Assembly: GCA_038087875.1 (NCBI GenBank)
Contig: CM075988.1
Coordinates: 3,348,001-3,412,000 of the forward strand
DNA length: 64,000 nt
Reading direction: 5' to 3'
From: Malacoraja senta
Lineage: Eukaryota
Shown in pieces: positions 37,622-49,734 of this stretch; the first letter of the stretch is position 1; each line of letters begins with the position of its first letter. Under the pieces are notes generated by a model, which did not search any database, was not told where the DNA came from, and saw only the letters and a program-made list of their open reading frames with translations. Both the position numbers and the translations under genes were made by a program.

Positions 37622-39582
37622 AGGAAGTAAGATTCCAAGGGGAGTAAGGGGTGACCGTGGCTGACCAGGGACGTCAGGGACAGTATAAAAATAAAACATG
37701 GCAACGATGAGCGGGAAGCAAGAGGATTGGGTAATGTTTAAAGAGTAACAGAAGGTAACTAAAAAGGCAATACTGGGAGAAAAAATGAGGTACGAAGGTC
37801 AGCTAGCCAATAATATAAAGGGGGATAGTAAAAGCTTCTTTAGGTATGTGAAGAGGAAAAAATTAGTTAAGACCCAAGTTGGACCCTTGAAGACTGAAAC
37901 AGGTGAATTTATTATGGGGAACAAGGAAATGGCAGATGAGTTGAACTGGTACTTTGGATCCGTCTTCACTAAGGAGGACACAAATAATCTTCCTGATGTA
38001 CTAGTGGTGAGAGGATCTCGGGTGACGGAGGAACTGAAGGAAATCCACAGTAGGCAGGAAATGGTGTTGGGTAGACTGATGGGACTGAAGGCTGATAAAT
38101 CCCCAGGGTACTTAATCTGATGGTCTGCATCCCAGGGTACTTAAGGATGTGGCTCTAGAAATCATGGACGCATTGGTGATCATTTTCCAATGTTCTACAG
38201 ATTCAGGATCAGTTCCTGTGGATTGGAGGGTAGCTGATGTTATCCCACTTTTTAAGGAAGGCGGGAGAGAGAAAACAGGGAATTATAGACAAGTTAGCCT
38301 GACATCGGTGGTAGGGAAGATGTTGGAGTCAGTCATAAAAGATGAAATAGCAGCACATTTGGATAGCAGTAACAGGATTGGTCCAAGTCAGTATGGATTT
38401 ACGAAGGGGAATTCATGCTTGACTAATCTTCTGGAATTTTTTGAGGATGTAACATGGTAAATGGACATGGGAGAGCCAGTGGATGTAGTGTACCTGGACT
38501 TTCAGAAAGCATTTGATAAGGTCCCACATAGGAGATTAGTGGGCAAAATTAGGGCATATGGTATTGGGGGTAGAGTGCTGACGGATAGAAAATTGGTTGG
38601 CAGACAGGAAACAAAGAGGAGGATTTAACGGGTTCCTTTCAGAATGCAGACAGTGACTAGTGGGGTACCGCAAGGCTCGGTGCTGGGACCGCAGCTATTT
38701 ACAATATACATCAATGATTGGATTCAAAGTAACATTAGCAAATTTGCAGATGACACAAAACTGGGTGGCAGTGTGAATTGTGAGGAGGATGCTATGAGAA
38801 TGCAGGGTGACTTGGACAGGTTGGGTGAGTGGGCAGATGCATGGCACATGCAGTTTAATGAGGATAAATGTGAGGTTATCCACTTTGGTAGCAAAAACAG
38901 GAAGGCAGATTATTATCTAAATGGCAGTGAAGAAAGTGAATGGCATGTTGGCCTTCATAACAAAAGGAGTTGAATATAGTAGCAAAGAAGTCCTTCTACA
39001 TTTGTCTAGGGCCATAGTGAGACCACACCTGGAGTATTGTGTGCAGTTTTGGACCCCTAATTTGAGGAAGGACGTTCTTGCTATTGAGGTAGTGCAGCGT
39101 AGGTTCACAATGTTAATTCCCGGGATGGCAGGACTGTCATCTGCTGAGAGAATGGAGCGGCTGGGCTTGTACACTCTGGAGTTTAGGATGAGAGGGGGTC
39201 TTATTGAAACATATAAGCTTATTAAGGGTGTGGACACGGTGGAGGCAGGAAACATGTTCCCGATGTTGGGGGAGTCCAGAACCAGGGCCACAGTTTAAGA
39301 ATAAGGGCAAGCCATTTAGAATGGAGATGAGGAAACACTTTGTCACACAGAGAGTTGTGAGTCTGTGAAATTCTCTGCCTCAGAGGGTGGTGGAGACCGG
39401 TACTCTGGATACTTTCAAGAGAGAGCTTGATAGGGCTGTTAAATATTGTGGAGTCAGGGGATATGGGGAGAAGGCAGGAACGGGGTACTAATAGTGGATG
39501 ATCAGCCATGATCACATTGAATGGCCGTGCTAACTTGAAGGGCCGAATGGCCTCCTCCTGCACCTATTGTCTATTGTCTATT
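37622..39582 (+). mobile_element. 5'-truncated CR1 LINE, degenerate
   Basis: KSFFRYVKRK, NYRQVSLTSVVGK, SGVPQGSVLGP, RPHLEYCVQFW; (attgtct)n tail. Confidence 0.92.
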
Positions 39583-40148
39583 CGATCCTGACAATCTGCC
39601 AGAGCGGATAGTTGAGGCAGGGACTATCGCAACGTTCAAGTAACATTTAGATAGGTACATGGATAAGACAGATTTAGAGGGATATGGGCCAAACGCAGGT
39701 AGGTAGGACTAGTGTAGATGGGACATTAGATTCCTTTATTGTCATTCAGACCTTTCGGTCTGAACGAAATTTCGTTGCCTGCAGTCATACATATAATAAA
39801 TAACAAAACACACAATAAACACAAATTAACATCCACCACAGTGAGTTCACCAGGCACCTCCTCACTGTGATGGAGGCAAAAGTCTTAAAGTCTCTGTCTC
39901 TGTCCGTGGGTGTGGGCAAGTTGGGCTGAAGGACTGGTTTTCACACAGTATGACCATGCCTCTATGATCACCCCCCTGCAAAGTGATTGCCCCTTTTTGT
40001 CTCAAAATGTTGTTTAGTTTAGTTTGTAGATACAGCGTGGAAACAGGCCCTTTGGCCCACCGAGTCCACGACGTCAAGAGATATAGTGGAAACAGGCCCT
40101 TCGGCCCACTTATTCCGCACCGACCAGGTATCCCCATAAACTAACACT

Positions 40149-40749
40149 ACCCTACACACACTAGGGACAATTTTACATTCATACCAAGCCAATTAACCTA
40201 CAAACCTGTAGGTCTTTGGAGTGTGGGAGGAAACCAAAGATGTCGGAGAAAAACCCATGCAGGTCATGGGGAGAAGGTCCAAACTCCGTACAGCCAGCAT
40301 CCGTAGTCAGGATCAAACCCTGTAAGGGCGCTGTGAGGCAGTTGCCCTACCCACTGCATCACCGTGCCTTGTGTGCTCATTTGAAGCACATTATGGCATT
40401 TCTTCCCTCCACACTAGTCATGGACCTCTGGATTAACACTTTTCTGCAGTGTTAATCCAGAGGTCCATGACTAGTGTGGAGGGAAGAAAATGCCATAATG
40501 TGCTTCAAATGAGCCACACAAGGCACGGTGATGCAGTGGGTAGGGCAACTGCCTCACAGCGCCCTTACAGGGTTTGATCCTGACTACGGATGCTGGCTGT
40601 ACGGAGTTTGGACCCTTCTCCCCATGACCTGCATGGGTTTTTCTCCGACATCTTTGGTTTCCTCCCACACTCCAAAGACCTAAATAATGCAGGTTTGTAG
40701 GTTAATTGGCTTGGTATGAATGTAAAATTGTCCCTAGTGTGTGTAGGGT
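40149..40749. repeat. ~290-bp-arm near-perfect inverted duplication with 7-bp spacer
   Basis: Left arm ends ...gattaacact (40440), right arm begins agtgttaatcc... (40448); includes SINE and non-SINE sequence. Confidence 0.9.
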
Positions 40750-40865
40750 GAGCTGAAAAGTGTGGCTCAAGTTTATGGGGATACCTGGTCGGTGGGACAT
40801 GTGGGCCGGTGTGGGCAAGTTGGTCCAAAGGGCCTGTTCCCACACTATGTGAGTCCAAGTCTCTG

Positions 40866-41800
40866 TGTGAGTGGGCAGATGCATGGCAGATTAATTTGGA
40901 TAAATGTGAGGTTTGGTAGCAAAAACAGGAAGCAATTTGGTAGCAAAAACAGGAAGGCAGATTATTATCTAAATGGTGTCAAGTTGAAAAAAGGGGAAGT
41001 ACAACGGGATCTGGGGGTCCTTGTTCATCAGTCAATGAAAGGAAGCATGCAGGTACAGCAGGCAATCTTCTTCATGTGTATGGCATGTACAGCCTAAAGT
41101 TGCAGGTCAACTTGTTCTATTTGATCTTATTTGATTGTGCACGCCCGGTTGATTGCATTTGTTGAAACAGGGCGTCCCTCGTGTTGGCTTTCATAACAAG
41201 AGGAGTTGAGTATAGGAGCGAAGAGGTCCTTCTGCAGTTGCACAGGGCCCTGGTGAGACCACACCTGGAGTATTGTGTGCAGTTTTGGTCCCCTAATTTG
41301 AGGAAGGACATTCTTGCTATTGAGGGAGTGGATCACAAGGTTAATTCCCGGGATGGCGGGACTGTCATATGCTGAGAGAATGGAGCAGCTGGGCTTGTAT
41401 ACTCTGGAGTTTAGAAGGATGAGAGGATATCTTATTGAAACATAAGATTATTAAGGGTTTGGACCCGCTAGAGGCAGGAAACATGTTCCCGATGTTGGGG
41501 GAGTCCAGAACCAGGGGCCACACAGTTTAAGAATAAGGAGTAAACCATTTAGAACAGAGATGAGGAAACACATTTTCACACAGAGAGTTGTGAGTGTGGA
41601 ATTCTCTGCCTCAGAGGGTGGTGGAGGCAGGTTCTCTGGATACTTTCAAGAGAGAGCTAGATAGGGCTCTTAAAGATAGGGTGTATGGGGAGAAGGCAGG
41701 AACGGGGTACTGATTGTGGATGATCAGCCATGATTACATTGAATGGTGGTGCTGGCTCGAAGGGTCGAATTGCCTACTCCTGCACCTATTGTCAATTGTC
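40866..41800 (+). mobile_element. CR1 3' fragment with ~110-bp foreign insert (41065-41175)
   Basis: NRKADYYLNG, RPHLEYCVQFWSPNLRKD, CR1 tail. Confidence 0.88.
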
Positions 41801-42999
41801 TCTGTCTTGATACACCTTGCGTAACAAATTCCAGAAGTTCCAGACTAGGAAGAATAAAGCTTTCTTAAACCCCAGGATTTTCAAAACTAAAGCTCTTTTC
41901 AAGGCAGGGTTTAATTAGCAGGTGGAATTTGTTGATACGCAAATAAAATGTGTAGATCAGTTTATGCTTGACAACCAATCATATATAGGTTAGCATCACT
42001 AACCCCGCCTTACTGTATCATTTATATTAACACCCACTTCCTATGCTATGCAGTTCGGGTAGCATTCAGGATGCAGTGACAACTAACATGCTACTGTACT
42101 GTTAAGTCTGTATGTGGATTAAAGATGATCTTAGATTACATGCCGTGTATATGTCTTATTTACAAAATGTAAAGTGCGGGAGTGACTCACTGGGTCAGGC
42201 TGTCCGCCAGAAGTTCTATCCACAGAAGTTCATAGATGAGGTTAGTGTTGTGTCTTGTTCAATGGCCTGATGGTTTAGTTTAGTTTATTTGTAGATACAG
42301 AACGGAAACAAACCCTTCGGCCCCACCGAGTCCGTGCCGACCAGTCATTCCTGTACACAGGCGCTGTCCTACCCACCACACACTTTTTCACTGTCTTTAC
42401 CAAAGTCAAATTAACCTACACGTCTTTGGAGTATGGGAGGAAACCAGAGCACCAGGGGAAAAACCCATGCCTTCACGGGGAGAATGTACAAACTGCATAC
42501 AGACAGCATCCATAGTCAGGATCGAACCCAGGTCTCTGCCGCTGTAAGGCAGCAACTCTACCGCTGCACCATCAAGACGCCCCTAATTCTTCCCTGTTGT
42601 TGGGAAGCCCTTTATTCCAGAGCAGAGCGGCACTGTCATGCAGCGGTAGAGTTGGTGCCTTACTGTGCCAAGGACCCGGGTTCGTTCCTAGCTACTGGTG
42701 CTGTCTGTACAGAGTTTGTACATTCAACCCATGACCGCGTGGGTTTTCTCCGGGTGCTCTGGTTTCCTCCAACACTCCAAAGACATACAGGTTTGTAGGT
42801 TAATTGACTTGGTAAAATTGTAAATTGTCCCTGTTGTGTGTTAATGTGTGGGGATCGCTGGTCGGTGTGGACTCGGTGGGCCGAATGGCCTGTTACTGCG
42901 CTGTTTCTCTAAACTAAACTAAAAAATGTTTAATGCCAAAGGATTGCTTTAGTTGAATTAATTGCTTGCCTTTAATATCTTTAAAATTCTAGATACATA

Positions 43000-43330
43000 G
43001 ACATAGATACGTAGACAATAGGTGAAGGAGTAGGCCATTCGGCCTTTCGACAATGTGATCATGGTTGATCATCCACAATCAGTACCCCGCTCCTGCCTTC
43101 TCCCCATCCCCCTTGATTCCGCTAGCCGTAGGAGCTCTACCCTACTCTCTTTTAAATGAATCGGCCTCCACTGCCTTCTGAGGCAGAGAATTCCACAAAT
43201 TCACAACTCTCTGTGTGGAAATGTTTTTCCTCGTCTCAGTTCTAAATGGCCTACTCCTTATTCTTAAACTGTGGCCCCTGGTTCTGGACTCCCCCAACAT
43301 TGGGAACATGTTTTCTGCATCTAGCATATC
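43000..43330 (-). mobile_element. CR1 3' end
   Basis: MFPMLGESRTRGHSLRI...WNSLPQK and tail. Confidence 0.85.
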
Positions 43331-43457
43331 AAAGCCAATCTTATTTATTAGTTATAATAATGTATATATTAGCAGTTGAAACTTTAAATTTTAGGCTTGA
43401 TTTCTGGTTCACATAATTGAATGGCATCTGGAAAAAAATGTTCTTCTTCTGTTTAAG

Positions 43458-43532
43458 GATAAATCTACTGGAGGCAATACCTACGAATTCTGACCATGTT
43501 CGTCTGGCCAGCAAAGTTGATGTTCAGAGCAA
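43458..43532 (+). other. Candidate host-gene exon B (75 nt, phase 2-2; INLLEAIPTNSDHVRLASKVDVQS)
   Basis: Acceptor tgttcttcttctgtttaag, donor AA/gtaggt, only one frame open, AT-rich non-repeat flanks. Confidence 0.45.
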
Positions 43533-44821
43533 GTAGGTTTTATTTTTCTGTGATCTGCAAACTCACATTGCTGTTTTTACGTTATAATGTCATACACAGG
43601 GGCAGTAATCTATCAGTCGGCATGGAATCGTTGGTGAATTTTTATGTTGGGTTGGTTTTAGATGAACAATGAGATTAAGCAACGGAAAAATCTACATTCA
43701 ATGTCCTTTTGTGACAATAACAATGAACGAAGAACTTCATTGCCACGCAGTCAACATTATGTAGCAGCTAATATTCTGCAGCTCAGCTGTACAAAGTAAA
43801 TTTGTAGATCGGAACAATGTGAGAGCAGCCTGCCAAAACACAATATTAACAAAACGCCAAGTTACATTTGAATTAAAAAATTACATTCAATGTCCTTTGT
43901 GACCTTGACAAAGAATGAAGAACTTCACTGCCCGGCAGTCAAATAACCCCTGACACCCATACTAATCAAGAATCTATCCACCACTCCCTTTAAAATATCC
44001 ACTGAGTTGGCCTTTTGTGGCAATGAATTGCTCAGATTCACCACCCTCTGACTAAAGAAATTGTTCCCCATCTCCTTCAAGGAGTCTGAATGTCATGTTT
44101 GATTTATGTGTGTACATAATGCTCCATGTACATAAAGAACATTATTGCATGTTCTTCCTCCCCTGATTCACCCTCCCCAGTCATTCCTGCTGTCAGTCCG
44201 GCCCTCAAGCACACATTCTTTTCCCACCCTAAATAGAACGGAAATAGACCTGTTCTTACCAAATAGGATTGCCATCACAAATGGAAACAAAGTGCTGGAG
44301 TAACTCAGCAAGCCAGGCAGCATCGCTGGAGAGTGTAGATTTAGTATAGCTTAAGGGCCTGTCCCACTTGGGCGACATTTGGGCGAATGCGGAGCGTCAG
44401 TGACTGACCCCCGTAAAACCGTCAAGTTGCACGACATACACGCTGACGTATGCTGTCATGCAGGTGATGCCCGGTTAGGGTTGAGGCTGTAAAATATTCT
44501 TACTTCAATGCATGGATTTTAAACATTAATATATTTAAATTAATACAATGAAATCAATTGTGCAAATAAAAAGATGTCTGGCATTCCGTTTTTTTTTAGA
44601 TGTATTGGTCTTCATCCAGATCCAATCACCATACCGCCTCCCCACACATCCCCTTCTCCCCCTCTCCCTCCTTTCTCCCATTCTACACAACCCCCCCCCC
44701 CATTTTCCCCGACGCCCCCCCATTTGTGGACCCTGCCTGCGACCAGCGATCCCCCACACACTATCCCACACACGCTACAGAAAATGTATACAAACCTGTG
44801 CGCCTTTGAAGTGCGGGAGGA

Positions 44822-44893
44822 AACCCTAACCCTAACCGTAACCCTAGCCATAACCCTAGCCCTAACTGTAACCGTGACCCTAACCCTAACTCT
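44822..44893. repeat. Degenerate (CCCTAA)n telomere-like tract between two inverted SINE halves
   Basis: aaccctaaccctaaccgtaaccctagcc...ccctaaccctaact. Confidence 0.75.
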
Positions 44894-47800
44894 AGGTTGA
44901 TAGGCTTGGTATAAGTATAAATTATCCCTAGCGTGTGTGGGATAGTGTGCGGGGGGTCGCTGGTCGGTGCGGACTCGGTGGGCACTGTATTTCTGAACTA
45001 AATGTGACACAGGGGCCCCAGGAATTGGACTCGAACCCCTAATGTTCTGCCTGCTCCTCATGGAAACTAAACTGTTGGCCACGAGTTGCCCCAGAGGCAG
45101 ATCGCTCTTCCAATAGTCTCTCCAAACCCCCAGAGGCAGCGGGCTTTTCAACTGGGTACAGGCAATGTTGTCAATGTACCTAAGAGATACAGCGTGGAAA
45201 CAGGCAGTTTGGCCCACCGAGTCCACGCCAACCAGCGATCTCCATACACTAGTTCTATCCTATGCACTAGGGACAATTTACAGAAGTCAATTAACATGCA
45301 AACCTGCACATGTTTGGTGTGTGGGAGGAAACCAGAGCACCTGGAGAAAACCCATGCGGTCCCAGGGACAAAATACAAACTCTGCACAGTCAGCCCCCAT
45401 GGTCAGGATCGAACCCGGGTACCTTGCGCTGTAAGGCAGCAACTCTACTGGTGTGTCACCGTGCCGCCCCATGGATGGGTAACGTTTCGGTTCGGGATCC
45501 ATCAGACTGCTTCATCACCATGTAGACCCATGTTTTCCCTGCCTCTATGTATTTTCACAGCCCTCCGCAGATGCTGGTTGACCCGCTGAGTTGCTCCAGC
45601 ACTTTATGCTTTGTCCAATATTGGCGAGTGAATACATTCAAGGAAAACAAACAAAAACTTGGTTTAGTTTAACGGCTCCAAGGCAGTCGTGTTCTGGAGA
45701 TTAATCCTGGATGTCTGGATGATTGAGAACAATCCGTCAAACCGACATCCTTACTTAGCTGTGTCAACAAGAGCAGAATGAGCAAATTGAAAGATCTCGA
45801 AACCTATCTTGCATTATGATCAGAGATCCAACAGGAAATAGTATGGTATTTATGAAGGAACAATGAGAAAAACCATAAAAAGTATGCAAATAAAGGTACT
45901 TTCACTAAAGATAACACACAAAGCATTGCTAAATGAACAGAAGAATCATTTATCATCATTTGCATGTAAAGTGATGAAATTTACTTATGGAGCAAACCTG
46001 ACCTATTCAAATCACTAATCTCTCAATAATCTACTTAATCTCTCAGCAAATTACGCAAAACCCTTCAACGTGATTCACCAAGCTGGCAAAGGGTGATTGC
46101 CAAAGTTCGACTTGAAAAATTAATATCAAGTCTAAGCTACGAGCCTTCAGACGATCTTGGTCGATATTAAAGAGCTGGATGTTTTGTATGAAAGGGGACT
46201 GAAAAGTAAAGCTAAAGGAGCATTGAAACGGACTCAGATATCCCAGAATTGGCCTCCAGTTTGTAGTTTACAGCAGAAACTTAGATACATGGACTTGGCC
46301 TTTAAGACCACGTTTGCAAAGAATATTTACAAAATGGGATGTGCAGAAAATGCAGTGGATTGTCTGTATTAGTGATAGAACAAATGTAGATGAACTTTAA
46401 TTGTAGCTAAATCCTGTGGATTCTGGACAGGTGCTGTCTGTACGGGGTTTGTAATTTCTCCTCGTGACCTTGTGGGTTTTCTCCGGGTGCTCCGGTTTCC
46501 TTTGTCCGTAGTGTGTGTGTAGGATAGTGTTAGTGTGCAGGGATCGCTGGTCGGCATGGACTCGGTGGGACGAAGGGCCTGTTTCCGTGCTGTATCTCTA
46601 AATGTAACAAAACTAAACTAATATACAGCGTAGAAACAGGCCCTTCAGCCCACCTAGTCCACACCGGCCAGCGATCACCTGAACGCTGGTTCTATCCTAC
46701 ACACTAGGGACAATTCACTGAAGACAATTAACCTACAAACCTGCATGTCTTTAGAACGTGGCAGAAAATTGGAGCACCCGGAGAAAACCCATGCGGTGGG
46801 CCGAAGGGCCTCTTTTCACGCTGTATCTCCAAAATAATAAACTTACAGCCCTCACCTTAATCCTATGTCTGGTTCTCAATTGCAAAGATCTTTACTGCAT
46901 CCATTTTGATGATGGTTATTAATTTTACTTCCGTTGACACAGTTTAGTAAGAATGTCAGTCTTCCAGGATCGTTGCTAAAGCATCAGACATGTCGGATTA
47001 ATCTTCAGGACACTGCAGCCATTGAAGCAGTAAACAAAACTATCTCTTTAGTTTAGTTCAGGTTAGAGATCCAGCACGGAAACAGGCCCATCAGCCCAAC
47101 GAGTCTGCACTGACCAGCGATCCCAGCACACTATCCTACACACACTACGAACAATTTGACATTTATACCAATTAACATACAAACCAGTACGTCTTTGGAG
47201 CGTGGGAGGAAACCAAAGATCTCGGGGAAAACCCACGCCGGTCACGGGGAGAAATTACAAACTCCATACAGACAGCACCCGTAGTCAGGATCGAACCTGG
47301 GTCTCTGATACTGTAAAGCAGTAGTTCTACCGCTGCGCCACCGTGCCACCCTATATCCAGCATTTTCTTTTTGAAATGTAGATGAAATTTAAATTGAAAA
47401 GCCCACGGTTTCCTTGTTTGGAGTAGGTGAACATTTTACAGATTTTACATATTAAAACACTGCTGGATTATAATGTAGAAAACTGTAGCAGGATTGTAGT
47501 TAATAAGAGGGAACGTGCAGAAAGCTGCGATTATCATTTGAGGGCTGAACAGTGACTCAGCTGGTAGATTTATTTTCGGGTGGCACAGCTGTGCAGCAGT
47601 AGAGTTGCTGCCAGAGTTCCAGGTTTGATCCTGACTTTGGGTGCTATCTGTGTGAAGTTTACATGTTTTCCCTGTGAGCACGTGGGTTTCCTTTGAGTGC
47701 TCTGGTATCCCACAGATGAGTGGATGTGTAGGTCTTCTTCTTTCCTGTCCATCTTCCATGTTTCAAATGTTGACATCGCTGTCATCGTCCGTCCTGAAAA

Positions 47801-48628
47801 GGACGCAAGCTTCCGGCGACAATCAGTGGGAGCCATCACTTATTGCAGTAGATGATGGTGGTAGCAGAATTAGCTCGGGATACTTCCAGTTTCCAGCCCC
47901 GTGACGTGGACGCTTCTGCTATGGGGCCGATGTGTGGGATAATTGGACTATGTTGGCCAATTATCTAAATTGCCCTCCCAGCACAATGAAGTTTTAGACA
48001 AAATTGCCGTTTTCTCAACTCACCAAGAGTAGTTCCCCAACTTGAAACAAAGCTAAAGAGGCCACAATGTGCTGGAGTAATGTAGCAGGTCAGGCAGCAT
48101 CTTTGGAGAACATGGATAGATGATGTTTCGGGTTGAGACCCTTCTTCACATTGAATGGGGGGGGAGGGGGGGGGAGTTGAAGAAATAAACTGGAAAAGGG
48201 GAGTGGGAGGACAAAGCGTGGCAGATGACAGGCCAACACAGGCGTGGGGGCATTTTTGACAGGCAGATTATTGGAACAAAGGCCAGAGATAAGAACAGTT
48301 GGTGAGACAGGTTTGAAGAGTTGCTGATGGTGAAGCCGGGAAGGAAGGTAGCAGGAAGTGGAGGTGGAGGTGGAGGTGGAGGTGGAGGGGAGAAATAGCT
48401 GGGAGTCCGAATGGAGCCCAGGGGAGGGGAGTAGGGGAAAGAAAGGTGTGGGAGAGAAAGGGGAAGGTGTTAGTTAGATGTTACAGGAAATCGGAGAATT
48501 CAACATTCATACCATTGGGTTGTAATATGTAGGAAGGAACTGCAGATGCTGGTTTAAACTGAAGATTGCCACAAAAAGCTGGTGGAACTCATCGGGTCAG
48601 GCAGCATCTCTGGAGAAAAAGAATAGGT

Positions 48629-48655
48629 GACGTTTCGGGTTGAGACCTTCTTCAG
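48629..48655 (-). ncRNA. Minimal hammerhead-like motif (one stem II G missing)
   Basis: Reverse complement ctgaagaaggtctcaacccgaaacgtc. Confidence 0.55.
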
Positions 48656-48691
48656 ACTGAGAGTCAGGGGAAAGAGAAATGGGAGATATAG

Positions 48692-49570
48692 GGTCGTAGA
48701 GTTATACAGTGTGGAAACAGGCCCTTCGGCCCAACTCGCCCACACTGGCCAACAATGTCCCAGCTACCCTTGTCCTACTTGCTTGTGCTTGGTCCATAAC
48801 CCTCCAAACCTGTCCTATCTATGTACCTGTCCAACTGTTTCTTAAACGATGGGATACTCCCAGCCTCAACTACCTCCTCTGGCAGCTTGTTCCATACACC
48901 CACCACCCTCTGTGTAAAAAAGTTACAACTTGATTCCTATTAAATCTTTTCCCCTTCACCTTGAACCTATGTCCTCTGGTCCTCTGGGTAAAAGATTCTG
49001 TGCATCTACCCGATCTATTCCTCTCATGATTTTGTATACATCTATAAGATCTCCCTTCATCGTCCTGCGGTCCATGGAATAGAGACCTAGCCTACTCAAC
49101 CTCTCCATAAAGCTCACACCCTTTAGTCCTGGCAACATCCTCCTAAATCTTTTCTGAACCCTTTCAAGTTTGTCAATATCTTTCCTATAACATGGTGCCC
49201 TGAATGGAACACAAAGAATCAAATACACAGGACAAGATGTTAAGAAGTCCCTTGTGCCAATAGGTGGGGAGCATTTCACAGCACAAGGGACTTCTTAACA
49301 TCTTGTCCTGTGTATCTGCTAAATGCAGTCTCACCAACGTCTTATACAACTGCAACATGACCTATAACTGCAACTTCTATACTCAATACTCTGACTGATG
49401 AAGGCAAAAGTGCTCAAAGCCTTTTTGACGAACTTATCTACCTGCGACTCGACCTTCAAGGAACCCTGCACTTGTACTCCTAGATCCCTCTGCTCTACAA
49501 CACTACCCAGAGGCCTACCATTTACGGTGTAGGTCCTGCCCTTGTTTGACATCCCAAAATGCAACACTTC
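48692..49570 (-). mobile_element. CR1 3' fragment containing a hairpin insertion
   Basis: LHFGMSN, EQRDLGVQV, LERVQKRF, GDLIDVYKI. Confidence 0.88.
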
Positions 49571-49734
49571 ATGAGTTCAGTGGGGCAGGAGCAGGCAGAG
49601 ACTTTCATACGTGATTTCATGTGATAGGAAAAGCATTAGGCGATTCGGCCCATAAAGTCTGCTCCGCCATTCAATCATAGCTGATCTATCTCTGCCTCCT
49701 AACCCCATTCTCCTGCCTTCTCCCCATAACCTGT

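Noticed and set aside
43697..43720. acattcaa motif reminiscent of the miR-181 seed
   Set aside because: Rest of the mature sequence does not match and no precursor hairpin is evident
44352..44480. aagggcctgtcccact-type ends (also ~32485 and ~60260) suggestive of PIF/Harbinger MITEs
   Set aside because: Only single, partial ends present; no paired TIRs or TSD to support a call
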